Of a stretch of 64,000 nt of DNA, positions 1-13,726 are shown piece after piece (position 1 is the first letter of the stretch; the number at the start of each line of letters is the position of its first letter). This DNA comes from Octopus sinensis. Lineage: Eukaryota. The stretch is from assembly GCF_006345805.1 (NCBI RefSeq), contig NC_042999.1, positions 84,754,001-84,818,000 on the forward strand, given 5' to 3'. The notes beneath the pieces were generated by a model. That model saw only the letters and a list, made by a program, of their open reading frames with translations. It made no database searches and had not been told where the DNA came from. The position numbers and the translations under genes were made by a program.

Positions 1-688
1 AGTCAAAATGTCTGTTACTTAATCGATGGTGTTTAAAGTTATAATCTTTAGTAACTTAAGCGCAGAGAATTTCTCTGAGTCAGCTAGTTTTGGGGCCGAA
101 TAATTTGGAAATTTAAGCGATGTTTTACGAACGGTGAATCTGGAAGGAAATAAACCTATAAAAAGTAGCATGTAAGTATTGGTTTAAAAAATATTTGAAT
201 AAAGAAAGGCTGCCTGTGGGACGACGGCGGCGTAGGTCTACAAAATGTATTTCATATTTATATACAGTATATTATAATGACTTACACGTGTTCTCGCTGC
301 AGCGACTGCTCACAGTTGCAAATGCAATCTCGCAATATATTGTCGGTGCTGCTTCATCAGTGTCCGTCCATTTGGTAAACCTTAAACTGAGCTGACTGAA
401 GTAAATTTTATTAGTTAGTGTTATATGAGAGGAGGGGAGTGTTGCTATTTATGGGTATGTGCTGCTGACCTCAACTTCACCCTCAGTCGCTGTACGAAGT
501 TAGGACATGGTCTAAAATAGGTCAAAGTCGAGATTATTGTTTTTGTAAGGCTCTTTGTTCGTTTTAATGGTTGTGCGTGTCATGTTTTTGATTTTGAGTG
601 TAGTGCTTGTATTGAAGGGTTCATGCTTGTTTATATTCAACTTGTGATTGGGCTCCTCATGGTTTGTATTATATATTGAATATGGTAT

Positions 689-694
689 ATGTAT

Positions 695-744
<50 letters not shown>
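689..744. repeat. (TG)n microsatellite
   Basis: Direct dinucleotide run. Confidence 0.95.
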
Positions 745-745
<1 letters not shown>

Positions 746-749
<4 letters not shown>

Positions 750-1039
750 AGAAAAAGAAGAAAATGGAGAAACTGACATATAGATATCAGTCTATTCAAA
801 GCTATTCAAAACTATGTAATATGAAATTCACATCACTACAGCCGTTTCCATGTCCAATTAATTCAATTAGAGAAATTAAATTGAATTAAATTAATATCTT
901 CATATCGAAACTGATTGATTGGTTATTTCATCAGGGGGAGAATTTCCAGAAAGAAGTTACATTCCAACGTGTTGGTCGATCCGTGACAGATTCAGATGTG
1001 TGCGTTTTGGTAATTTATGTATTTAAAAAAAACCATTAT

Positions 1040-1082
<43 letters not shown>

Positions 1083-2220
1083 TATAAAGAAATATGTATG
1101 ATATAGTTGTGCGCGTGCGTTTGTAATACATAATAGTAGGTATTGGTTGTGGTTTTGCAATTAGGGTGAACTAGGTGTTAATAAGAGAAAGTGCAGGAAG
1201 GAGCAGTAACATTCACCATGTAGCATGTTTGTTAAAATATGGAAGCCAAAGAAAAATATGGCGTATCAAAAACTGCTAATTAACTATCATATAGGATTTT
1301 ATTTATTTTTATTTATGCGCCCTTTTCAAGCCTAGCCAGGATCATGGGCCCGGTTTCCCAGTTTCTGTGACGTTACTCACGAAACAGGAAGAGAGAGTGA
1401 GAAAAAGTTAAGGCGAAAGAGTACAACAGGGGTCGCCACCACCCCCTGCCGGAGCCACGTGGAGCTTTAGGTGTTTTCGCTCAATAAACACACACAACGC
1501 CCGGTCTGGGAATCGGAACTGCGATCCTCCGACCGCGAATCCGCTGCCCTAACAACTGGGCCTCCACTATTATAGTATTGCGTCATCTATATTTGTGCGC
1601 AATAGTTATGGTCAATATAACTACGTAAACAAAGGAAAACTTAAACGTTACGAAATACAATTGATAAAAAAGTTTTATATAAAAACTAAATTTACTAAAG
1701 CTACTACTACTATAAAATCAATATGTTTTACCTCTAACTTAGTTTAATAAATTACATTCTGAAATATCAAATACATATTCATGAGAAACGTTATTAATTG
1801 AATTTATAGCAAATCACAATGATACAGTACGTGTGTTGAAAACTTAATGTACATATTTACTATTTAATTAATATTTTTATATCGATATTATATCTACTAA
1901 GCATTCTTTAATGCTTATATTTACAGATGCTAGTGTAATAATAAAACGTGAAGTATCAACAGTTTCAAATTACAAGTAGTTTTAACATATGATTAATTAT
2001 TTATAATACTAATATATCCGATGGTAGTTTTTTAAACACCCAACCAGTTTCAATATGAAAATTTTAAATTAATTTCATTTTAATTTAATTTCTCTAATTG
2101 AATTAGTTGAATATGGAAACGGTTGTAGAGATAAGAATCTCATATCATATAGTTTTGAGTATCTTTAAATAAACTGATGTCCATATGTCAATTTCTCCAT
2201 TTTCTTCTTTTTGCACTCAT
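746..2220. mobile_element. Putative old DNA-transposon/fold-back relic bounded by ~175-bp inverted repeats (746-922 and 2040-2220)
   Basis: The reverse complement of 2040-2220 aligns to 746-922 (AAAAAGAAGAAAATGGAGAAA-TGACATAT...CCGTTTCCAT...AATTCAATTAGAGAAATTAAATT). The ORF track shows the same peptide SICQFLHFLLF on opposite strands. No TSD seen. Confidence 0.55.
1299..1568 (-). mobile_element. tRNA-derived SINE, head A + tail 1, internally deleted
   Basis: Reverse complement of the 13903-14216 element, lacking part of the centre. A-rich tail; degenerate TSD ctatcatataggatt / ctattatagtatt. Confidence 0.9.
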
Positions 2221-2387
2221 AAATATTTCAAATACCAATATACATCAATTCAAAACTAACGTATCTAGTATTTCACTAAACACTGTTATAGACCGGAGAA
2301 CAAGGATGCAAACATACCTTAAAGGATTATATGTCATTGGCATGTTTATATATATATATATATAAAGATGTCCTTGGCATATATATA

Positions 2388-2439
<52 letters not shown>

Positions 2440-2441
<2 letters not shown>

Positions 2442-2559
2442 ACCTACTCGCTTAGCTAGCGGGGTGGCGTCATTTCAAGGCTAAAACAATGCAAAGCGCA
2501 TTGTGACCAGCGATGTGTAGCAACATCTGATAGCTTGGTCGGTTACAGTGATCACAGTG

Positions 2560-2560
<1 letters not shown>
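2440..2560 (+). mobile_element. 5'-truncated SINE (tail 2 only) within (TA)n
   Basis: Matches the reverse complement of 37463-37582 (gcttagctagcggggtggcgtcattt...cagtgatcacagtga); flanked on both sides by (TA)n. Confidence 0.85.
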
Positions 2561-2624
<64 letters not shown>

Positions 2625-2769
2625 TATATATACATACATACATACATACATACATACATACATACGTACACACGCACACATAAACTCTGGAAGGTCTTAC
2701 GTTATGGTTGCGTGTACGTATCAAATGATTTCAAAATATCACTATCTGGTTTGCCTCCATTATTACCAT

Positions 2770-2813
<44 letters not shown>

Positions 2814-2859
2814 TTATGGAGACGTAAGCGAACCAATGTTACAATAAATAAATGTCTAA

Positions 2860-3012
2860 CAACTGGTGTTCGTTTATTTACGAGCTCATAACTTAGCGGT
2901 TCCACAAAAACCGATAGAATAATGATCAGGCTGTCTTGTGTAGATTTGTTCAAGTATACCCTTCAATGCGGTACTCTGGTATGACTGCAGTCCAATGCCT
3001 GAAGCAAGTATA
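2860..3012 (+). mobile_element. Decayed 3' half of SINE family C
   Basis: taacttagcggttc...accgatagaataa...tgactgcagtccaatgcctgaagcaagta is homologous to 4795-4930. Confidence 0.7.
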
Positions 3013-3611
3013 AATGATATGTTCATCAGTTTAAATTCTCAGTTTGAATTCTAAATATTGATCGACATAATATATTTCTAAATAATCTTACCTTGTTACT
3101 TATCATTAAACTTAGATTTTAGTAATCCACAACTGCTTTATTCAAAGCAATGCACCTCATTCCTTACTGCGGAATAACAAATAACTCATGGATATTGAAT
3201 CATCTGTTACTTCAAATGATTAACTAATCAGATTTCCTTCCAACATACAGAAAAAATTAATTACAGTTACTGCATATTTACGAAGATACTTCAATATAAA
3301 AATAAATCAATTGAAAAGATAAGGGCATAAGCAAAAAAAAAATTCGCGACGGGTCTGCAGTTAAAAAGAAACATGAAAACCGAAGACAATTTCAGGAACA
3401 AGGATAGTAATTTTAAGGGGAATAGTTAGTCGATTTTATAAACCCTAGCACGTGAATGATAATTTCTTTTATCGCCTTTGGAGCGATGAAGTAGTCACCG
3501 CCGTGATTCGAATTCAGAAAACAAAGAGTTAGAAGATTTAGCGTAAGAAATTTTTGCGAACGCTTTCTTTTGATAACTAGCCGCCTCGAATTCCGAGCTA
3601 ATTTAATAATG

Positions 3612-3828
3612 GATTCAAATTTTGGCACAGGGGAAGCAATTTTTGATGGGAGGAGTAAGTTGATTACCTCGACCCTAGTATATGAGAGGGATCTAATTTT
3701 ATCGATGCCGAAAGGCTGAAAAGCAAAGCTGACTTTGTCCGAACGAGATTTTAGCTCGGAACGAAAAGACGGACGAAATGCCGTTATGCATTCTGTTCGT
3801 GCAAATGATTCGGCTGGCTTGCCACGTT
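3612..3828 (-). mobile_element. SINE family D (decayed)
   Basis: Homologous to the reverse complement of 22265-22482 (tttatcga..ccgaaaggctgaaaagcaaagctgac). Confidence 0.8.
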
Positions 3829-4554
3829 GAACTAAATTAAATTATTAATGACAAGAAATATGCTAAATGATAACCTTGATGACAGCAATGATGATGAGGA
3901 TGATGATGATGATGATGAAGATGATGATGATTACGATGACGATGACAACGGCGATGGCAGTGACGTAAAAAAGTGGAAGAAGCGGAAGAGTAGAGAGAGG
4001 AAGAGAGAAGGGAAGGTGAGGTGAAAGAAGTAATAAGAGACGACAGTAACCAAGCCAAGCAGGAAGAGAGGTGGGAGGAAGAGAAAAAGGTAAAGGAATG
4101 AGAGAATGGGAGGAAAGGAGGAGGTAGGACAAGAAGAACAAGTGAATATAAGGAGGCGTTCTTTATTTACCCAAATGCAATAGCTAAGTACTTGGCACAT
4201 TTGTTATCAGAATTATCCAACAACATGTGGTCGACTGCTTTGATTAGATTCTTTCATACGCAATAATGCGGTCGCGAGTTTAAACACGCGTTTCAAAATT
4301 GGACTGAATAATTTCATGTTCGTAGATTTGAATATTGCCGTTATACTGTCAAGATTGTAAATCTAGTTTCAGGAAGTTTTATGAATAAATTCTATTGAGG
4401 TATACTAGAAAGAACAGCGCCAAGATAAACATATCTAAATTGCATCTTATATTTGAGACCTAAAAACTACAAAAATAGCGAGTGTTATTTTAAATAATCA
4501 AAATTAATCAAAGTATTTTAATTAATCAAAATTAATCAAAATTATGAGCATATA

Positions 4555-4944
4555 GGCATAGGTGTGGCTGTGTGGTATGTAGCTTGCTTACCACTGCGTG
4601 ACACCTTGGGCAAGTGTCTTCAACTATAGTCTCTGGCCAACCAAAGCCTTGTGAGTGGATTTGGTAGACGGAAACTGAAAGAAGCTCGCCATATATATGT
4701 ATATATATATGTATGTGTGTGTGTATATGTTTGCGTGTCTGTGTTTGTCCCCCCCCCAACATCACTTGACAACCGATGCTGGTGTGTTTACGGCCGGTAA
4801 CTTAACGGTTCGGCAAAACAGACCGATAGAATAAGTACTAGGCTTACAAAGAATAAGTCCTGGGGTCGATTTGCTCGACTAAAAGCGGTGCTCCAACATG
4901 GTCACAGTCAAATGACTGAAACAAGTAAAAGAGTAAAAGAGTAA
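4555..4944 (+). mobile_element. SINE family C (tRNA-like head, CORE-like block, internal microsatellite, 3' module with (GTAAAAGA)n tail)
   Basis: ccttgggcaagtgtctt resembles the CORE/MIR block; tandem tail; several homologues in the window. Confidence 0.9.
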
Positions 4945-5309
4945 TACTGTGAAAATAAATCGAAAAAATTTCGTGTTTGCGAAAAAAGCGCTTTATTACC
5001 GCACTTTACATTTAACAATGGGTTAAAATTTAATGGTGACCGGAGTGGGTGAGTATTTCAGTAACAATTTACAATATGAAATTCCTAATCGTCATGCAAT
5101 ATCATATGGTGTTAAAAATGATCCTCCGTGGGCTAGTTATAGATTATTTCTATCAATTCTTTAGACATTGTACGAAATACAAGTCGTGCTATTGTAATTT
5201 CTAGCTTCGATTAAATTACGTATATGTGTATCTGTGTGTGTGAGTGCACGTTTGTGTATGTTTGTGTGTGCGCGTGTGTATGTGTGTGCGTAATATATAG
5301 ATATATGTT

Positions 5310-5358
5310 TAGATAGACAGACAGACAGACAGATAGACAGACTGACAGACAGACAGAC

Positions 5359-5430
<72 letters not shown>
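5310..5430. repeat. (GACA)n/(GATA)n microsatellite
   Basis: Direct tetranucleotide run. Confidence 0.95.
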
Positions 5431-5432
<2 letters not shown>

Positions 5433-5756
5433 GGTATGTAACCGTATTTTTCGATAAATGTGCGTGTTGAGAACATAAAGCGTACTTTTAATATTTTTTC
5501 ATGCAAATTTTAATCTTTTTCCTTTTCTATTCTTCTTTTTCAGGTCCCCTGCCTATAATTCTACACTTTTTAACTCTCTCCTTTCTAACTCTCCCCCCCT
5601 CTCTCTCTCTCTTAATGCTTGCATTTCTTTGTTTTGAATGTGGTATAAATTATTTCTTTTCCAATCCTGTACATTCTCTTTGGAAATTTCACATTAACTG
5701 ATCTAATATTTACTTATGCATAATGTCTGAAGGCACATTTCTGTATATACGTTTGC

Positions 5757-5768
5757 ATGTGTGTGTGT

Positions 5769-5818
<50 letters not shown>

Positions 5819-5851
5819 TGTGTGTATGCGTGCGTGTCTGTGTGTGTGTGT
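5757..5851. repeat. (TG)n microsatellite
   Basis: Direct dinucleotide run. Confidence 0.9.
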
Positions 5852-6283
5852 GCATGTGTTTATCTGTGGATATATTACTGTTCTTATGTATGAACACACA
5901 ACGATATGATTGTACTTATATAACGGAGTATTTACGAATTAATTTCTCTATACATCTTTTATGTTTTTGCTCAACAACAAACGGGCGTTTGTTCGTCTCT
6001 CGAGGTTCTGATTCGAATTAAAAAATAATTTACACCTACTGTCAAACATTTAGATATATATGTCGTGATCTAATTTTTATTGAAATTCCATCACTTTCGA
6101 ATTTTTTGATTATTTCAATTTCTCTCGAGTCTTCATACATTTTTATTACTTTGCCATATTTTGTCTTTTATTTGAGTTTTAATAATAGCATTGTTTTTGT
6201 TGGTGGGAGCCTTGTAATGGTTCCGCATACAAATATCAATTTTCAGTTACAAATTACTAGTTCTATTATGTATGTCAGTATTT

Positions 6284-6520
6284 GACTGAAATTAACGGCT
6301 TATGTAAAATGATGCTTCTTTGGAGCATCATAACTGGGTTACAGAATCGGAGTTTTTAAATAATATTTATGGGAATCGTAGTTCTTGAATAATATTTATT
6401 TTCACTGGTTACGGTGTTTGGCTGAAAATAACGGCTTATGTGAAACAAGACGGTTTCTTTGGAGCATCATAACTGGGTTACAGAATCGTAGCTTTTAAAT
6501 AATATTTATAGAATTTGCAG
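6284..6520. repeat. Two ~95-bp direct repeats, period ~136 bp
   Basis: ttctttggagcatcataactgggttacagaatcg...ttttaaataatatttat occurs at ~6316 and ~6455. Confidence 0.85.
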
Positions 6521-7280
6521 TCATCCAATGTATTAGGAGTATCAATGTTAGTGCTATAGTGTTGTTTATTTGAGAATCTGAGATTCGATAGTGGCAAAAG
6601 TACATCCTGGTTGACGAGAGAGTTCTAGAGGTTTACAATATTACAAAGAAGGGATTTTGTGTAGTGTTATAGTTGTTGTTGTTCAGCAACATATAACCAA
6701 TAGACTTTATATTCATGACCACCTCATCTATTTTCAGACAGTGCATCGATGAGCACATCCAGTGTTTTATTCTACTTTTATGAGGTAGAGCTTGCCCTTT
6801 GAATGAGGTTTCGCTGCTATTTTTGTAGGACCTCTTTTACAGAAAAGCTTAGGAAAAAAATAAGATACAAATAATGTTTCGTAGAAATGGTGTGCAACTA
6901 GTTATTCAGAGGTAGAAGTAATAGGAAAGATGCAGAAGACATAGATTATTCACTGCAAGTGCTACATGAGCATCGATATTTGGTCTTCAGATTTATACGA
7001 CAGATACAATGTGATTTTGTAATAACCATTCTTTTGTGAAAGATACAATAAAACTGCAACCAATCCTGCTAGAATATATTAAAATCTAGTGGCGAACCTG
7101 CATCGTCAGGTGTCTAACTTAACTTGAAAGTTGATTCGCTGATACTTGTATCAGGGAGCCTGAAATGTTTCAGTGATTGATAGAATCAAGGTTTTAGAAT
7201 CAAGAGAAGAGAGATGCGTCAAAAGTCAATAGAGTATATAATTAATTGAACAATTTGAAAGCAGAGTTAATGGAACACAC

Positions 7281-7281
<1 letters not shown>

Positions 7282-7311
<30 letters not shown>

Positions 7312-7355
7312 TGTATGTATGTATGTATGTATGTATGTATGTATGTATGTATGTA
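7282..7355. repeat. (TATG)n microsatellite
   Basis: Direct tetranucleotide run. Confidence 0.95.
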
Positions 7356-8033
7356 TAAAAAGTGACAGAAACCTTGGGGGAGTAAAAGAAAGATGAGTAA
7401 ATGGGTGTGTATGTATACATATACACGTATGTATATACTACATATGTATATATGAGTGTGTGTGTGTGTATGTGTGTGTGTGTATGTATGCATACGTATA
7501 CAAAATGGGTTTGGAAACTGATAGAATGATTATAGTATTGAAGCTACTATTCCTTTACTTCCGGTTAGAAATCACGCTAAAAAGATTTTATGTCGATGAA
7601 TTGTTTGCCTTTGAGGTTCAAGAGGGAGAAAGAAAGAGAAAGAGGGAGAGATCGATATTGACGCAGCGGGGACAAAGTACAAAAGGATCGATCGATTAAT
7701 CAGATCTAGGTAATGATTAGTAAATCTGCCAAGCAGAAAACAGTGATCATTTGATTAAAAGAATCTAAGTAAGAGAAATGCAACCGACTTACTCCAAGCT
7801 GCATCAAGAGCTTCAGGTTACACTGAAGGAGCATATTTTACTAAATGTATTTGTGTGATCGACATTTGCAGTACATAGAAGATATATGGAGATTTATTCC
7901 GATATAAATCTCCATATCGGAGATTCCTCTCTACACAAGAGGGACACTTTCATATAATTAATAGCCGTAAACTAAACATTGTGGAAATCTAAGTATTCAA
8001 ATCCTAGAGACAGTTTAGTTTACTATCATATAG

Positions 8034-8064
<31 letters not shown>

Positions 8065-8118
8065 TAACGGACATAGATACTCATACATTCATACAAATAA
8101 AAGCACGTATATATTCGC

Positions 8119-8154
<36 letters not shown>

Positions 8155-11100
8155 TACGTGTGTGTGAGTCTGTGTGTGTATGCGTGCGTGCAAGTATGTA
8201 TGCATGTATGTATGTATGTATGTATGTGGAAGTGAGTATATATGTGTATGTGCCGGCCTGTGAGTGTACCTGTTCGTGTATACGTTTGTCTTTTGAAAGT
8301 TTATAAGTTGTTAGTAATCCACTTACCCTAGTTCTAAGTTTACTCACTTTTAAACACATCCAGTTATATATCCCCTACGCATTCACTGCTTATATTTCTG
8401 TCAAATCTACTGTTTCTTTATTTTCCAGGTTGTGCTAAGCATTCTGCGCTACCCCCCCCCTTTTCTCTTAAGCACCAGAAATATCGGAATTGTATCCTTA
8501 GCGGTATAGTCATGTGCTTTTTAATCTCCGAATACTAAAACAGAAAATTATTATAAACGCATTCTACAATTCTTGTCGTCAGTCAGGCTAAATTGATTTC
8601 CTTATTCCATTGTTTGGTAAAGGTATCCTCAGATTTCAATTATGTATCTGTGTTCTATTCGATTCCACACTGATTTTCTTCTACAACCATGAACGATTGA
8701 CGAAATGAGATTGAATAATATTCATACCTTTCTCAAGAACTTGTGCACTGCTTCCTTTTGATTAGTTTCCATGAGCATCAACGAGTAATGTGAAATATCG
8801 GTAGCGTTCTATAATATACGATATGGACTGAAATTCTTTAAAAATTCTTGAATATTTACCTAAAAAAGTCGGCAGATTTTTCCCAAGAAGGAGCGTCTAC
8901 GTAGTCAATTTAACTCTTTGAAATATCAGCTAATTTTCTCTCATATCATATCTTGTCTTTTAAAACCTAGAAACAGTGGATAATGTAAATTTAGACCCCT
9001 AAATAAAGAGGGTTTAATGGGGGCAGCGGCTTGCTTGTTTAGCGTACAAATGACTCCTTCTACATCAAGATGTATGTAAGGGCTAAACGACAGCAACCTT
9101 AAAAGTTGATAGAAAAAAATCCATTAATTTAGCGAATCACTCTTGAGCGTAGATATTAGACAAAGTAGACTCTTGCATAGTATTTCGAAAAGACAGGGTA
9201 TATGGTTTTAGGTATTCTACCTTTTTTGATAATTTACTGGCCTCCTAGTGTTATGGATACAGACACATGCAAGTGCAGAAATACACACACACACCACACA
9301 CACACACACACACACACCACACACACACACGCATACGCACACACACACACTATATTAGGACATATTCGCATTAGTATAAGTGCGTGTGCATATGCAATTG
9401 CATATTTCAGTGGGATTCTTAGTTTCAAATATTTCACTCCATAATTCTTTACATATAAAATTATCTGCCTAATGATTTTAAGAAAAATAGCAGACATTTG
9501 AACTTGGCACCATTCGTCAACTCCAGTTTACAACGTATTTTTTTTCTTTTGTTATTTGCATGTTTACCAAACGATAGCAATGGCATTTTTTAAATCTTTA
9601 TTTTACCTGTCTTCTTTCCCAAAATTATCGCTTATTTCTCTCCCTCACTCACGCTCTCTCTCTCTCCTCCTCCTCCTCCTCCTCCTCCTTTTGCACACAC
9701 ACAACGTTCTATCATTCATACTGCCTTTATTTCCTTTTCGTTTCTCCTCCCATTTATTCTAAATTCATTCCCTCTGCTAATCTTTCTAACTTTCAAGCTG
9801 CTCATTTAATTTTCTTTCGTCCCTTAAATCCCCTTTCACTCTATAAACATACGTTTCTGTGCCCCCTCAATTATTAATTTTCTTCTATTTTATCCCTATT
9901 TCTGTCTCCCATTGAATCTTTTCATATATTTGCTCCCTTCTTTCCTCTCTTTCACTCTCTCTCCCTCTCATTCCTCGCCCTGTTTCTCTCTCATCCTCTG
10001 TTCTTCTTTCTCTCTTTCCTTCCCTCTCTTATTTCACCTTTCTATTCTCTTGATCAATCACTCACATTTTCTCTCGCGCTTTTTCTCATCTTTCTCTTTC
10101 CCTCTATCACCTTTCCATTTAAATTCTTACACCATGCCATTATTCACAACTAATAAAACGTATTATTCAAATACATTACAACCCTCACTCCAACCACCCT
10201 TCCTTGAAATATAAATAAATTATCTTCCAATGATTAGTTACTAACACCAAACAATAAAACCATTATTATCATCAGTATTTTAATCAAAAGCAACATCACC
10301 TGCAACGAACCGAATTCGAAACCTTCACAATATCACTCAACCTGCTACAAACAGCACTCGCCTTTTCCCCAATTCACTTATGGATAAGTGTACGTTTGAA
10401 AAATAAACCAGGGGGTTGTCACTGATTAAACATCTTTGATTGTAGCTCTGCTTACTTAGAGCTGATTTGGAACTAAACATGAAGAACACTTATCATATGC
10501 TTATATTTCACCTGTTAACAAGGACGCATCAAACGCAAACACCACACACTTAGGTATTGTACCAATATGCTACCCAGAGCTTGTCTAGTCATGTTTGTGG
10601 ATGACTTAAACAGGTATACTTAAAATGCTTACAAAACCAATAAAAGACCTGATGTTTATGACGTTTTCAGCTGACATAGGAAAAAGAGTGTTCGTATTTG
10701 ATTGCTGAACATTGAAAATGAGTTTCCTAAATACAGAACTTGTGCACGTGAAGCTTTCTCTTTTCTGTTTGAAGCCAAGAATACTACAAATATCATTACC
10801 TAGGCAGTGATGAAAATATATCATACGAAGATTTTTATGAACAAATTTAGTGACCCGAAAATTTTACACGTGACTTAGGAAAATATGATAATAATAGATA
10901 CATGTCCCTAGATGTGTGTATATTTGGGAATACATGTGTATGAATGCTTCGAGGTCTGATGTGTCTATACACATTGATGTGTTCTGCTGGTATGGTACTT
11001 ACAGCTAGCTAAGAGCGTTGACTGTGCTTATTTACCATTTTGTTCTTTATTCTTTCATTCATATTCATTCACTTCATATATGTGTGTATGTATGGTTGTG

Positions 11101-11204
11101 TAAGTATGCATAGACGGAGATATGTATATACGTATATAAGTATAAGTATAATAGGTATACAATATATATGCATATATTTATTCTATTAATATATTTAAAC
11201 ATGT

Positions 11205-11399
<195 letters not shown>

Positions 11400-12079
11400 T
11401 ACAACTACTTCTATAAATATATAATCCCATATCATTTTATGCAAATATATATCTACGCACATAGAAAATCCTAAAATCAATAGTGCTTAGAAATTCTAAC
11501 ATAAAAATAAAACGTGGATTCAGCTGTAATTTTCAGCGGGTGGTACGTGATGTACTTTCATAATTGGACGTCTAATACACTTTAAAATAATCAGAGAATA
11601 TTAAATTCTATAGTAGTAAAACTGATTATTATTTTCTTACATTACGTTTTCTTGCTTTTTTGTTTCTGTTTTTCTCTGAGAAATTTATAACAATAATGCA
11701 GACATAGACGTCATCATAGACTATAACGTTAATGACACATAGAAAAAATGGCAATGAGTAATGTTTTAACTACTTATAATATCATAAAACTGGTTAATGG
11801 AAACTCTAATATACGTTTAAGAGCATAAATCAAAGTACATTTTTGTATAGAAAGCGGCTGTCTTTTAAAATTCTTGATGACTCTGAAATATTCTTCCTTT
11901 AATTTTATGTCTGTGTGATATTTTTTTCTCTTTTCGTGTGTAATATTACGGTTTATAACTTTCGATGTATTAATCTCCGTGTCACATTTTACTCCCATCG
12001 TAACTGAAGAGAATATCAGTACTTCACTTTACTAGCATACATCCTACCAACAGTAACTATCCTTTAGTGAACCACTTTC

Positions 12080-12105
12080 TGTGTGTGTCTGTGTGTGTGT
12101 GTGTT

Positions 12106-12193
<88 letters not shown>
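12080..12193. repeat. (TG)n microsatellite
   Basis: Direct dinucleotide run. Confidence 0.95.
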
Positions 12194-12194
<1 letters not shown>

Positions 12195-12199
12195 ATGCA

Positions 12200-12330
12200 T
12201 TCCTGGGTATGACCTTAAACTGCATCCGTTCGTGGGTAATTTCAGGCTCTTGAAGAGTGCTGAACCACCTCTTAGTTACTGTTGCTTCCAGGTCTACTCT
12301 GACCCTGAGTGTTAGCACCTATCAAGGACT
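12200..12330 (+). mobile_element. Decayed interspersed repeat, probably SINE-like
   Basis: cctgggtatgaccttaaactgcatc...ccaggtctactctgaccc..gagtg.tagcacct resembles an abundant octopus repeat as I recall it; no second copy in the window. Confidence 0.4.
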
Positions 12331-13004
12331 CAGCTATATGTTAACTAGCATATATATGATGTTCCATGTGAGTAAAAGGACGCAGAAATATCTTTGGTTG
12401 TTATCAGGGAACTCAGTAAAACCAGTGGGTGTTATGGACTACTGCCTGTTATACAGGGTCCTTCCAGAATAACATTGTAAAGTAAACATGCGGTTTCACG
12501 AGATTACTGGTCATCCCACTTCGGCCAGCTACGATGTGTAAATCACAGAGACTTAGTGAGGGGTATTTGTATTGTACAAGCATTTATCACAATAACCCAA
12601 TGACGCCCAGATGGCTTTATGGTGACCTCATTTGACATTCCATGTACTGAATGTCCTACGGCGATACAAGACCTAACCAATTAGTTGGATGTCTTATTGC
12701 GATGCAGACCTAACCAATTAGTTGGAAGTACACAGCAAGTTATAATATTTTTCTACCTATGCTTCAGACCATTCTGATCTGCAACATTACAGAATAGTTA
12801 TCAGACGGGTTGCGGATGGAATGTCAGAAATGTCATTGACAACGAGGATACACAAGGAGATGACAATCATCAGTGAAGATTGAGCAGAATCATATACATA
12901 CATATATATATATATAATTAGCGAAAGAAGAAATAGTAATACAAAAAGATAATATTTATCCCCACTTAAGAGTGGTTGTTTTGTTAGAAGACAGAATATT
13001 GTGT

Positions 13005-13131
13005 TAGTTACCATGAGAGACACTCTCAAATTGGCTTTCGGTGCCTAAACGCACTGTGGTTTATTCGCTAGCGGTGAGATGAAACACTCGCCACTGGTAC
13101 CCAGTATGAAAGTTTTCTCTCATGGTAACTA
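13005..13131. mobile_element. MITE-like element, 127 bp, perfect 16-bp TIRs
   Basis: TAGTTACCATGAGAGA (13005-13020) / TCTCTCATGGTAACTA (13116-13131), extending imperfectly to ~24 bp. No TSD found. Confidence 0.6.
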
Positions 13132-13282
13132 CCACTGTATAGTGTGTTCAAACAGAATATCCATTTTTAGGTGGGAATCAATGTATATATATGTATGTGT
13201 GTGAGTGTGTGTAAACGTATGTATGTATGTGTTTACGTATGCACACACACACACACACATATATATACATATATTTATATAT

Positions 13283-13484
13283 GCGTGTGTCTGTGTCCCC
13301 ACCACCACTTGGCAATCAGTGTAGATATACTTAGGTTCCCGTAACTTAGCGCTAAGTAAATGAAACCGATAGATTAAGAATAAACTTTTACAAAAAATAA
13401 GTACTACGGTCAATTTGTTTGACTGAAATTCTTCAAGACGTTACGCCAACATGGCTGCAGTTTAATGACTTAAGCAAATAAAAG
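13283..13484 (+). mobile_element. 3' half of SINE family C
   Basis: Homologous to 4740-4930. Confidence 0.75.
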
Positions 13485-13587
13485 TTTTAAAAATAAATGA
13501 TATAATTGGAGGATAGTTCTATAACTAGTTCATTGTATACACTTATTGATACATCTATAAATATACCTTATTCCTGATATCAATAAT

Positions 13588-13726
13588 CCTTTTGGGTGAG
13601 GGAGCAAGTCGATTAAGTCGACCCCAGTGTGTAACTGGTACTTATTTCACGGACCCTGAAACGATGAACGGCAAAGTCGACCTCGGCGGAAGTTGAACTC
13701 AGAATGTAGGTGCTAACGTTTCTGCC
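13588..13726 (-). mobile_element. SINE family D, partial
   Basis: gtcgaccccagtgtgtaactggtactt...ggcaaagtcgacctcggcggaa.ttgaactcagaa. Confidence 0.85.
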
